Below are positions 31,877 through 41,733 of a stretch of 64,000 nucleotides of DNA, in pieces; position 1 is the first letter of the stretch, and each line of letters starts with the position of its first letter. Under the pieces are notes generated by a model. It was not told the DNA's origin. It saw only the letters and a program-made list of their open reading frames with translations, and did no database searches. Position numbers and translations under genes: made by a program. Where the stretch lies: assembly GCA_964013575.1 (NCBI GenBank), contig CAXGWP010000005.1, positions 17,306-81,305 on the forward strand, given 5' to 3'. The stretch comes from an uncultured Nitrosomonadaceae bacterium (GTDB taxonomy: Bacteria > Pseudomonadota > Gammaproteobacteria > Burkholderiales > Nitrosomonadaceae).

Positions 31877-32917
31877 TCAATAAAGTATCTTCCATTTCAT
31901 ATCCTCTCCTGCGCGTAATGGAACTAATGCCTCTCCAGCAAAATCAAATTCCATAGGAACCTTCCAATTTTCTTTTATTAATGTAATATTTCCTCTATTT
32001 CGTGGTAATCCATAAAAATCTGCACCAAAAAAACTAGCAAATCCTTCTAATTTTTCTAAAGATCCTGCCTGTTCAAAAATTTCTGCATAGAGTTCAAGCG
32101 CTGCATGAGAAGTATAGATACCAGCACAGCCACAAGTGGATTCCTTGTCATTTTTAGAATGAGGAGCGCTATCAGTTCCAAGAAAAAATTTTGGGTTGCC
32201 ACTTATTGCAGCTTCAATTAATGCAAGTCGATGAATTTCCCGCTTAAGCACTGGTAAGCAATAATAATGTGGATGAATCCCACTCTGAAATATTACGTTA
32301 CGATTAAAAAGCAAATGATGCGCTGTAATAGTTGCTCCAATATTACTGGAAGATTCTGTAACAAACTCTACTGCCTCTTTAGTTGTAATGTGTTCAAGAA
32401 CAATTCTTAAATTAGGAAAATTTTTAACAATTTTAATAAGAATTCTATCAATAAAAATTTTTTCTTTGTCAAAAATATCTATTTTAGGATCATTTATTTC
32501 GCCATGCACAAGCAAAGGCATTTTTTTCTGCTCCATAATTTCTAATACACGGAAGCACTTGGTTATATCAGTAACCCCTGTATCAGAATTTGTAGTAGTG
32601 CCAGCAGGATAGAATTTTACACCATAAATTTCTCCGCTTTCTTTAGCTTTCTTAATCTCAGAACTCTTCGTGTTATCAGTAAGGTATAGCGTCATTAGCG
32701 GATTAAATTTCATTCCCATCTTCTCTGACAATGCAGAATGAATACGTGAACTATACGCTAATGCCAATTCAGTGGTTATTATTGGAGAATCAAGATTAGG
32801 CATGACTATAGCTCGAGCAAAACGCCTTGCAGAATCAAAAATAACTGCTTGCATTTGCTTGCCATCCCTAAGATGCAAATGCATATCATCAGGACGAGTA
32901 AAAGTGATTTTATTCAA
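31877..32917 (-). CDS. pyrC: Dihydroorotase, homodimeric (E. coli-like) type
   Basis: DDMHLHLRDG metal site and LGTDSAPH. 346 aa. Confidence 0.93.
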   Translation of the reverse strand: MNKITFTRPDDMHLHLRDGKQMQAVIFDSARRFARAIVMPNLDSPIITTELALAYSSRIHSALSEKMGMKFNPLMTLYLTDNTKSSEIKKAKESGEIYGVKFYPAGTTTNSDTGVTDITKCFRVLEIMEQKKMPLLVHGEINDPKIDIFDKEKIFIDRILIKIVKNFPNLRIVLEHITTKEAVEFVTESSSNIGATITAHHLLFNRNVIFQSGIHPHYYCLPVLKREIHRLALIEAAISGNPKFFLGTDSAPHSKNDKESTCGCAGIYTSHAALELYAEIFEQAGSLEKLEGFASFFGADFYGLPRNRGNITLIKENWKVPMEFDFAGEALVPLRAGEDMKWKILY

Positions 32918-33111
32918 ATTTATACTTACTCTAATTGGTATTTTTATATACTAAAATAGTATTTTAGCACGACAATATTTTATTATTCTAAAGATTATAT
33001 ATGCTCCAATTATATGTATAACCTTCTATTTATTTTTTTAAGAAAATCTTCCTTGACGAAAAAGTAAGGCCTAACTAGTATTAGTATAGAAAATTTTCAT
33101 AGGAACCTATA

Positions 33112-33675
33112 ATGTTAGATACAAATACTAATACTCAAGAAGGCCTTGCACCTGAATTACAAACTTCTAGTTGGATCAATACTATAGAGCCGGTTACGCT
33201 AACATCATTACTGGGAAAAGTAGTTGTGCTCCATTCTTTCCAGATGCTATGCCCAGGTTGTGTGCAAGTTGGTATCCCACAAGCCCAAAAAGTACATAAT
33301 GAATTTGACCCTGAAAAAGTTGCAGTAATTGGCCTCCATACTGTTTTTGAGCATCATTCAGTTATGGGTAAAGAAGCTCTAGAGGTATTTGCTCATGAAT
33401 ATCGTATTCGCTTTCCAATTGGAATTGATGGATACAGAGGCGACAATAAAGGATTACCACTAACTATGAGTGCGTACCAAATGCAAGGAACCCCAACTCT
33501 TATTTTAATTGATAAAAATGGAAGGCTGCGACTACACAAATTTGGCCATATAAGTGATCTAACACTTGGATACTCTATTGGGGCACTATTATCTGAGAAA
33601 GATATATCTACAGGTCCATCACAAACATCACCAACAAGCACTGACATTTGTGATGAGAGTGGATGTAAAATTTAA
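33112..33675 (+). CDS. Thioredoxin-fold redoxin (TlpA/AhpC-TSA-like), apparently cytoplasmic
   Basis: CPGC active-site motif in the context VVVLHSFQMLCPGCV, plus GTPTLILID (cis-Pro loop region). No signal peptide. Cys-containing tail CDESGCKI. Confidence 0.7.
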   Translation: MLDTNTNTQEGLAPELQTSSWINTIEPVTLTSLLGKVVVLHSFQMLCPGCVQVGIPQAQKVHNEFDPEKVAVIGLHTVFEHHSVMGKEALEVFAHEYRIRFPIGIDGYRGDNKGLPLTMSAYQMQGTPTLILIDKNGRLRLHKFGHISDLTLGYSIGALLSEKDISTGPSQTSPTSTDICDESGCKI

Positions 33676-33682
33676 AAAACAC

Positions 33683-33712
33683 TTAGAATTAGAACTTATA
33701 TTCTAATTCTAA
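33683..33712. terminator. 12-bp perfect inverted repeat between convergent genes (possible bidirectional terminator)
   Basis: ttagaattagaa-cttata-ttctaattctaa. It lies between the redoxin stop (33675) and overlaps the ilvA stop codon (33709-33711). The stem is A/T-rich. Confidence 0.4.
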
Positions 33713-35220
33713 CTAAGAAATATTTTATAAGCTGGATTCTTACTCTCATCCCAATAACGATAACCAAGCTGACTAAGAAATTTCTTAAATTTAGAATGAC
33801 TCCCAGGTGGCACATCCATACCAACTAGTACGCGCCCATAATCGGTACCATGATTACGATAATGAAATAAACTAATATTCCAGTTATGACTCATACTATT
33901 TAAAAACTCCATCAACGCACCCGGACGCGAAGGAAATTCAAAACGATAGAGAATCTCATTCTTTACTCCATTAGCATGCCCCCCAACCAAATAGCGTATA
34001 TGTAATTTTGCCATTTCATTATCACTAAGATCCTCAGTATCTAATCCATTCTTTTCTAGGAGCTTAATTAATTTCTCTGTCTCATTACGATTCCGAACAG
34101 ATACTCCAACAAATACATGTGCTTCTTTTGGGTCATCATAACGATAATTAAACTCAGTTATACTTTTTGTTCCCAACATTGCACAAAACCTCTTAAAACT
34201 CCCAGGTTTTTCGGGAATAGTTACTGACATTACTGCTTCACGCTGCTCTCCTATCTCAGCCCTTTCAGACACATGCCTTAGCCGATCAAAATTCATATTA
34301 GCACCAGAAGTTACAGCTACCAAAGTTTTACCTTGAATCTCTTCGCGAGCACAATATAATTTCGCCCCAGCGATTGCAAGTGCCCCGGATGGTTCCAACA
34401 TTACACGTGTATCTTCAAATACATCTTTAATAGCAGCACATATAGCATCCGTATCAACTAAAATTATTTCATCTACTAATTCACGGCAAATACGGAAAGT
34501 CTCCTTCCCTACTTGTTTAATTGCTACACCATCAGCAAATACTCCTGCTTGGGGAAGCTTTACTCGACGACCTTTTTGTAAAGACAGGTACATAGCATTT
34601 GAATCAAACGGCTCAACCCCAATAATTCTTACTTCAGGATGTAAACTTTTTATATAGGAAGCAATTCCTGAAATCAGTCCACCTCCACCTATTGGTACAA
34701 ATACAGCATGCAAAGGCCTAGCATACTGACGTAAGATTTCCATGCCAATGGTTCCTTGTCCAGCAATAATATCAGGATCATCATATGGAGGAATAAAAGT
34801 TAACCTTTTCTGTGTCGCAAGCTTTATTGCTTTAGCATAAGCATCATCGAAGGAGTCTCCATGAAGAATTATATCTGCTCCATAGGCCTCAACTGCTTGT
34901 ATTTTAATATGTGGTGTAGTTACTGGCATTACGATTGTAGCTTTACAATCTAATTTCTGTGCAACCAATGCTACTCCCTGTGCATGATTCCCTGCAGAAG
35001 CTGTTACAACACCTCGCTTAAGAGTTTCAGAAGGAAGTTTGCTCATTTTATTATGGGCCCCACGTAGCTTAAAGGAAAATACTTCTTGCATATCCTCTCG
35101 CTTTAAAAGCAATTGATTCTTTATACGCTTAGACAAGCCCGGGGCATGATCTAGCGGGGTTTCTATTGCCAAATCATAGACTTGGGCAGTAAGAATTTTT
35201 TTAAGGTAATCTATTTTCAT
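33709..35220 (-). CDS. ilvA: Threonine ammonia-lyase, biosynthetic (two ACT-like C-terminal domains)
   Basis: PLP lysine motif SFKLRGA and glycine loop GGGGLISG. Length of 503 aa with a duplicated regulatory domain. Confidence 0.96.
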   Translation of the reverse strand: MKIDYLKKILTAQVYDLAIETPLDHAPGLSKRIKNQLLLKREDMQEVFSFKLRGAHNKMSKLPSETLKRGVVTASAGNHAQGVALVAQKLDCKATIVMPVTTPHIKIQAVEAYGADIILHGDSFDDAYAKAIKLATQKRLTFIPPYDDPDIIAGQGTIGMEILRQYARPLHAVFVPIGGGGLISGIASYIKSLHPEVRIIGVEPFDSNAMYLSLQKGRRVKLPQAGVFADGVAIKQVGKETFRICRELVDEIILVDTDAICAAIKDVFEDTRVMLEPSGALAIAGAKLYCAREEIQGKTLVAVTSGANMNFDRLRHVSERAEIGEQREAVMSVTIPEKPGSFKRFCAMLGTKSITEFNYRYDDPKEAHVFVGVSVRNRNETEKLIKLLEKNGLDTEDLSDNEMAKLHIRYLVGGHANGVKNEILYRFEFPSRPGALMEFLNSMSHNWNISLFHYRNHGTDYGRVLVGMDVPPGSHSKFKKFLSQLGYRYWDESKNPAYKIFLS

Positions 35221-35357
35221 TTGTAAAAAAATTTAGGAATTCATAAATATAGAAGAATTTTAGCATGACAAGGACCTGCTTAATATAAGAGTTAATTGTT
35301 AAAATCTTCAGATAGAGCTATTCTAATAAGTCGGTCACATTATTTATATAGGAAACC

Positions 35358-36023
35358 ATGACTAAAACACTTAACCAACAAAAACTTGAAGTTGCTAAAG
35401 ATGCTATTAAACATATCCCTATAGGTAGTATCGTAGGGGTAGGAACAGGCTCTACTGCAAATTATTTTATAGATGAACTAGCCAAGGTCAAGAATAAAAT
35501 TAGTGGGGCAGTAGCAAGTTCTGAGAATACAGCTCAAAGACTAAATAGCCACCATATTGAGGTATTAGACTTAAATGATGTAAACGATATTCCTGTTTAT
35601 GTGGATGGAGCAGACGAAATCACTGAGCACTTACATATGATAAAAGGTGGAGGAGGGGCATTAACGAGAGAAAAAATTGTTGCTGCAGCAGCAAAAAAAT
35701 TTATTTGTATTACTGATGAAAGTAAATTGGTAAATGTATTGGGAGAATTCCCATTACCAATAGAAGTTATACCTATGGCCCGTAGCTATGTTGCAAGAGA
35801 AATTGTGCAACTAGGAGGGAGTCCTATTCTACGAGAGAATTTTATTACTGACAATGGAAATGTAATTCTTGATATACATAACTTAAAGATTCTAAATCCA
35901 GTAGAATTAGAAATAACTCTTAACCAAATAACCGGTATTGTAACCAATGGCTTATTTGCAAAAAGTGGTGCCAATATGCTGCTACTTGGAACTAATAATG
36001 GGGTGCGAACTATAACTATATAA
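35358..36023 (+). CDS. rpiA: Ribose-5-phosphate isomerase A
   Basis: [25 protein letters not shown]. Confidence 0.95.
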   Translation: MTKTLNQQKLEVAKDAIKHIPIGSIVGVGTGSTANYFIDELAKVKNKISGAVASSENTAQRLNSHHIEVLDLNDVNDIPVYVDGADEITEHLHMIKGGGGALTREKIVAAAAKKFICITDESKLVNVLGEFPLPIEVIPMARSYVAREIVQLGGSPILRENFITDNGNVILDIHNLKILNPVELEITLNQITGIVTNGLFAKSGANMLLLGTNNGVRTITI

Positions 36024-36090
36024 TAAGAACCATAATAAATTATTATAACGAACTAGAATATTATTTTTCTTTAAAATCTATAGGTGTCGA

Positions 36091-36801
36091 ATGGGAAGCA
36101 GAGAACATATATCTAAACAATTTGATGCAGACCTTCAATCGGTACGAATGAGTGTACTAAAAATGGGTGGTATTGTTGAAGAACAGATTGAACATGCAGT
36201 TAGGGCACTTACTACAGCAGATCAAGATTTGATGGAGCAAGTTATAGCAGATGACTATCGTGTCAATGAAATGGAGGTATCAATTGATGAAATTTGTAGC
36301 CAGATCATTGCGCGTCGACAGCCAGCTGCTGGTGATTTACGGATGATTATAATGGTAATAAAAATTATTACAGATCTTGAGCGTATGGGAGATGAAGCCG
36401 CAAAAATTGCACGCATGGCACAATTAATCTATTCTGATGACCGTATACACAAACCTCGCTTCCATGAAATTAGACATGTTGCCAGTATTGCAATGGAAAT
36501 GCTAAGAAAATCTTTAGATGCCTTTGCCAGACTTGACGTAACAGAAGCAGCTCATGTAGCTCGCCAGGATGAATTAGTAGATGAAGAATTCCGCTCTATT
36601 ATTCGCCAACTTGTTACATTTATGATGGAAGACCCACGTAATATTTCTTCTTCTATAGAAATTTTATTTGCTGCAAAGGCCATTGAGCGTATTGGAGATC
36701 ATGCAAAAAATATGTCTGAATATGTAATTTTCCTAGTGAAAGGAAAAGATGTGCGGCATGTAGGAATCAAGGAAATTGAGCGTGTAGCTCGAAAACAATG
36801 A
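36091..36801 (+). CDS. phoU: Phosphate signalling complex protein PhoU
   Basis: Two PhoU repeats with [11 protein letters not shown] and [10 protein letters not shown]. 236 aa. Confidence 0.93.
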   Translation: MGSREHISKQFDADLQSVRMSVLKMGGIVEEQIEHAVRALTTADQDLMEQVIADDYRVNEMEVSIDEICSQIIARRQPAAGDLRMIIMVIKIITDLERMGDEAAKIARMAQLIYSDDRIHKPRFHEIRHVASIAMEMLRKSLDAFARLDVTEAAHVARQDELVDEEFRSIIRQLVTFMMEDPRNISSSIEILFAAKAIERIGDHAKNMSEYVIFLVKGKDVRHVGIKEIERVARKQ

Positions 36802-38177
36802 ATTACAGAGAAGAAAAAGACACTATGGGAATAATAAAAGTACCTGATAATGTCCTATGGGGTGCACAAACACAACGATCTCTACAAAATTTCAAAATAT
36901 CAAATGAAAAGATCCCAAATGAATTAATAAACGCACTTGCCCTAGTAAAGCGTGTTGCTGCTAAAGTAAATAATGACTTGGGCCTACTCAGCTCAAATAA
37001 AGCTTCTGCTATTATCCAAGCTGCTGATGAAGTGATTCAGGGAAACCATAACAATGAATTTCCATTAGTAGTTTGGCAGACTGGATCTGGCACACAAACA
37101 AATATGAATATGAATGAAGTACTAGCTAACCGCGCATCTGAGTTACTTGGCTGTGAACCTGGTACAAATCGAAAAATTCATCCAAATGATGAAGTAAATA
37201 AAGGACAATCATCTAATGATGTGTTCCCAACTGCAATGCACATTGCAGCACTACAGGCTATTGAGTATAAATTAAAACCTGCTATTTTTACAATACGCGA
37301 AACTCTCAATAATAAATCAGAAGAATTCTCAAATATAATAAAAATTGGGCGTACGCATCTGCAGGATGCCACGCCACTAACTTTAGGGCAGGAGTTTTCA
37401 GGCTATGTATCACAAATTGATCACATCTCTAATCATTTAGAATCATCTTTACCACACTTATGTGAGTTAGCACTAGGTGGCACAGCTGTAGGTACTGGAT
37501 TAAATACTCATCCTGAATTTTCTAAAAAAACTACAGAAGAATTAATAAAAAAGACAAACCTTCCATTCATCACATCACCCAACAAATTTGAAGCACTAGC
37601 ATCAAATGACGCACTAGTTAATGTACATGGAACACTTAAAACTCTTGCTGTCTCTTTAATAAAAATTGCTAATGATATCCGCTGGCTTTCCTCTGGCCCC
37701 CGATGTGGTATTGGTGAGCTAAGAATCCCTGAGAATGAACCAGGTAGCTCTATTATGCCAGGAAAAATTAATCCTACTCAATCAGAAGCATTAATCATGT
37801 TATGTTGTCAGGTTATAGGTAATGATGTTGCTATTAATATGGGTGGAGCAATGGGAAATTTTGAACTTAATGTAATGAAGCCACTTATAATTAATAATTT
37901 TCTACAAAGTGTTCGCCTACTATCGGATGGAATAAATAGCTTCAACAAAAACTGTGCTATGGGAATAGAAGCTAATGTTGCCCATATTAATAAATTAATG
38001 AATAATTCTCTTATGTTAGTAACAGCACTGAGCCCACATATTGGCTATGACAAAGCAGCTGAAATTTCTAAAAAAGCATACAATGAAGGTATCACTTTAA
38101 AAGAAGCATCAATTGTATTGGGCTATACAACTTCCGAACAATTTGATACATGGGTGCAGCCAAAAGATATGGTATGA
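36798..38177 (+). CDS. fumC: Class II fumarate hydratase
   Basis: Signature [16 protein letters not shown]-terminus [23 protein letters not shown]. The ATG overlaps the phoU TGA (ATGA). Confidence 0.97.
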   Translation: MNYREEKDTMGIIKVPDNVLWGAQTQRSLQNFKISNEKIPNELINALALVKRVAAKVNNDLGLLSSNKASAIIQAADEVIQGNHNNEFPLVVWQTGSGTQTNMNMNEVLANRASELLGCEPGTNRKIHPNDEVNKGQSSNDVFPTAMHIAALQAIEYKLKPAIFTIRETLNNKSEEFSNIIKIGRTHLQDATPLTLGQEFSGYVSQIDHISNHLESSLPHLCELALGGTAVGTGLNTHPEFSKKTTEELIKKTNLPFITSPNKFEALASNDALVNVHGTLKTLAVSLIKIANDIRWLSSGPRCGIGELRIPENEPGSSIMPGKINPTQSEALIMLCCQVIGNDVAINMGGAMGNFELNVMKPLIINNFLQSVRLLSDGINSFNKNCAMGIEANVAHINKLMNNSLMLVTALSPHIGYDKAAEISKKAYNEGITLKEASIVLGYTTSEQFDTWVQPKDMV

Positions 38178-38539
38178 AATTAGTAAAACAGAACTACAGT
38201 ATAATCTTTATCTAAAGTTTATCTTATATTATTACCTAACTAGGTCAGGCCTAAGGTTTAGCTAATAATGCCTCAAGAAAAATATCTTACAATTACTAAC
38301 AAGATTACATATAACTTTAACCGCAAAGTAATTTTTCTCTGAACTAATAAATTTACTTAGTAATAGTATGTATTCGAATCCTTCCCAAGTACTTAATACT
38401 GACCTATAAAAAGACTCAATCCAGAATAATTATCTAAACCTAAAAAATATACTATATTTACAAGACTCATTTTAGCTTTATACATATACTGATTCTGGTA
38501 TATTTTATAATTTTATATGCTAAAAAACTGAGGGCAAGA

Positions 38540-38785
38540 ATGGGTAATAATCTATATAAAAAAAGGATTGCTATATTAGAAACTAAAATCGAAATATTTG
38601 TTAGTGAACGTCATGAGCTGCTGAAGACAATAGGTGCAGCAGCTGTACTCATTGCTAACCTAGATAGCAGCAAATTATCAGAAGAAACCTGTAAAGCAGC
38701 TGAGATACTATCTAATAGCCTAGATAATATACGAGAAGGAAGCTTACAGGAAGCACTAAATGAAATAAAACCAGAACTAATATGA
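38540..38785 (+). CDS. Hypothetical 81-aa protein, predicted helical, no recognisable family
   Basis: ORF with a GAGGG SD-like element about 7 nt upstream of the ATG. Flanked by 362-bp and 118-bp AT-rich spacers. No motif that I recognise. Confidence 0.35.
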   Translation: MGNNLYKKRIAILETKIEIFVSERHELLKTIGAAAVLIANLDSSKLSEETCKAAEILSNSLDNIREGSLQEALNEIKPELI

Positions 38786-38903
38786 GACTAAGAAGCTAAA
38801 ATTTCATTTATTATAGTGAAATTACCATTTAAATGGTTACTATGATATTAAAGACTAATAAAATTTATACTAAAACAAAATTTGAATTATTTGAGACTGA
38901 TTA

Positions 38904-39626
38904 ATGGACATCAATAGCCCACAGTTCTGGGTCGCAGTACTACAAATTATTGCTATTGATATAATACTTGGTGGCGATAATGCAATTGTAATAGCACTTG
39001 CTTGCCGAAGACTACCTAAAAACCAGCGTAACCGTGGTATTTTCTGGGGAGTATTTGGTGCTATAGCTCTACGAGTACTACTTATTTCATTTGCATTAAC
39101 TTTATTAACAATTCCTTTTCTAAAAATTATCGGTTCTATATTATTAATTTGGATTGGAATCAAATTACTTCAACCAAACACAGAAAATAAGGAACCTAAA
39201 ATAGGTGCTAGTGCAACATTATTAGGGGCAATAAAAACAATAATTATTGCTGATGTTGTTATGAGCCTAGACAATGTAATTGCAATTGCTGGAGCAGCTA
39301 AAAATAGTGTCGGTTTAGTAATATTTGGCCTAATAATAAGTGTACCTATCATAGTATGGGGAAGTAAACTAATAATGAAACTAATGGATCGTTTCCCAGT
39401 TTTCATCATTATTGGTGCAGGACTACTTGGTTGGATAGCAGGTGATATGTTCACGACTGATTCAATTATCAGTGAATGGGTAAATAATAATGCATCCTTC
39501 TTACAATGGCTATCCCCAGTTCTAGGGGTTTCTATAATAGTACTAACCGGGAAATTCCTAGCATTTAAATCTCTAAAAAATAAAACATCTATATCTGATC
39601 TTATAAAAGATATAGAGAAACCTTAA
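38904..39626 (+). CDS. TerC / YjbE-family integral membrane protein
   Basis: Duplicated TerC motifs LGGDNAIVIA and SLDNVIAIAG. About 7 TM segments. 240 aa. Confidence 0.85.
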   Translation: MDINSPQFWVAVLQIIAIDIILGGDNAIVIALACRRLPKNQRNRGIFWGVFGAIALRVLLISFALTLLTIPFLKIIGSILLIWIGIKLLQPNTENKEPKIGASATLLGAIKTIIIADVVMSLDNVIAIAGAAKNSVGLVIFGLIISVPIIVWGSKLIMKLMDRFPVFIIIGAGLLGWIAGDMFTTDSIISEWVNNNASFLQWLSPVLGVSIIVLTGKFLAFKSLKNKTSISDLIKDIEKP

Positions 39627-39708
39627 CGTATTAAGAAAACTATTATTCTAGCTGAAGACATAAATAAAATTTTTAATAAGTGAATGCAGTAAGATTTAAA
39701 GCAAATAT

Positions 39709-41211
39709 TTATTCTTCAGAAAGTAACAACTGGTGCCTAAGTTCTTTAAGAAGAGCTTCAGCACTAGATATCTCGTAGAAATCTCCATCTTCGCTCTTTA
39801 ATGCAATTTCTAATTGATTTATTGCTCTTGGAAGATCCCCCTTACGAATATAAAATTCTGCTAGTGCACGATGTAATAACATGCTATTCCCATCTGCTTC
39901 ATAAGCTTGTGCCTGTAATTGATATAGACTTGTATCATTAGGTGTGAACCGCAACTGCTGATTTATAAATTTAAGAGCACCTTTTTGATTCCCATCATAT
40001 AATAAGGCTGTAGCATAATCATAAATTAACGCTCTATGTTGTGGATATATCTTTAACGCTTCCCTGTAAATACGTAAGCCTTCAGAATAACGCCCTATAG
40101 AGAATTTAACACGAGCAGCAAGTGTCTCAATCATTGCACTAGAATGTAATATTTTACGCTTAACCTGAATCTCATCTCCCAGTAAATGATTTTCTTGTAA
40201 TTTAATCATTGTGTCATAATGATCAGAGCCATAAAGCACAGTCAATTCCTCATTTGCTTGTAGGTTATTTCCTTCGCGCATCAATGCACATATCAGCCCA
40301 TAGCGTTCAACAGTCTCATTACTATAACGCTTCTCTTGCAAATTAGACTCAAAATACTTTACTGCTTCTGAAGGTTCTCCCTCAGATGCCTGTAACTTAG
40401 CACGAACCAATTGAAAATCAATGCTGTCAGCAACCTGTTTATATGGTAAACCTTGTATTCGGTTTTCGATATCTGCTATACGTTCATAACTAAGTGGATG
40501 AGTACGTAAATAAGAAGGAGCATTACTTTGAAATCTGCTAGCTTTCTGTAAACGCGCAAAAAAAGCTGACATACCAGCTGGATCAAAACCAGCCCTCATT
40601 AACACAGATAAACCAATTCGATCAGCTTCTTTCTCATTTGCACGAGTAAAATTTAATTGTGACTGAGCCGCAATGGCTTGAGAAGTTGCCATAACTGCAG
40701 TCCCTGCTTGTGGGCTTGCCCGTGATGCCATAATTGCAAGCGCTATAGATGCTAATGTTGTTAGCACACTATATTTTTGACCAGATATCATACGAGAAAG
40801 GTGTTTCTGTGTAACATGTGAAATTTCATGAGCCATCACACCAGCTAATTCTGATTCACTTTGTGCAGCTAAAATGAGCCCACTATTGAATCCCATAAAA
40901 CCACCTGGCAAAGCAAAAGCATTTATTGATGGATCACGAATAGCAAAAAACTCAAATTCTTGATCTGGATGAGCTTCATCAGAGGAAGAAATTAACTTAT
41001 AACCTAGATTGGTAAGGTATCCAGCTATTTCAGCGTCATCAATATACCTACTATCAGAACGAATTTGTGACATTATTTCTAAACCAATTTGACGCTCTTC
41101 ATATGGAGAAATAGTAGTTTGAGATACATCACCTAAATCAGGCAACTCATTAGCTAGGATATTCTTAGTACACAAAAATAATAGGAATGTAATAATAAAA
41201 TTTATTTTCAT
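39709..41211 (-). CDS. bepA: Periplasmic M48 metalloprotease with C-terminal TPR domain (BepA/YfgC-like)
   Basis: Signal peptide, zinc site HEISHV, downstream E (EKEADR), and a TPR-rich C-terminal half. About 500 aa. Confidence 0.8.
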   Translation of the reverse strand: MKINFIITFLLFLCTKNILANELPDLGDVSQTTISPYEERQIGLEIMSQIRSDSRYIDDAEIAGYLTNLGYKLISSSDEAHPDQEFEFFAIRDPSINAFALPGGFMGFNSGLILAAQSESELAGVMAHEISHVTQKHLSRMISGQKYSVLTTLASIALAIMASRASPQAGTAVMATSQAIAAQSQLNFTRANEKEADRIGLSVLMRAGFDPAGMSAFFARLQKASRFQSNAPSYLRTHPLSYERIADIENRIQGLPYKQVADSIDFQLVRAKLQASEGEPSEAVKYFESNLQEKRYSNETVERYGLICALMREGNNLQANEELTVLYGSDHYDTMIKLQENHLLGDEIQVKRKILHSSAMIETLAARVKFSIGRYSEGLRIYREALKIYPQHRALIYDYATALLYDGNQKGALKFINQQLRFTPNDTSLYQLQAQAYEADGNSMLLHRALAEFYIRKGDLPRAINQLEIALKSEDGDFYEISSAEALLKELRHQLLLSEE

Positions 41212-41339
41212 TCTAATTTATGAGGTCTTTACATGAGTTTATAATGTAAGATGAACAGCTAGATATAATAGTTTGAAGAAATACTACTAAAAACTAATAA
41301 TAAATGTATTAATATCTATATTTTATATTTAAATCTAAA

Positions 41340-41690
<351 letters not shown>

Positions 41691-41733
41691 TTATTTGATA
41701 ATCTTAGGCTAAAAATTTACACAAAAATTAATT

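Noticed and set aside
38786-38903. Possible yybP-ykoY Mn2+ riboswitch upstream of the TerC/YjbE-family gene.
   Set aside because: The 118-bp leader is almost pure A/T and lacks the conserved G-rich core (GGGGAGTAG-like) of that riboswitch class.
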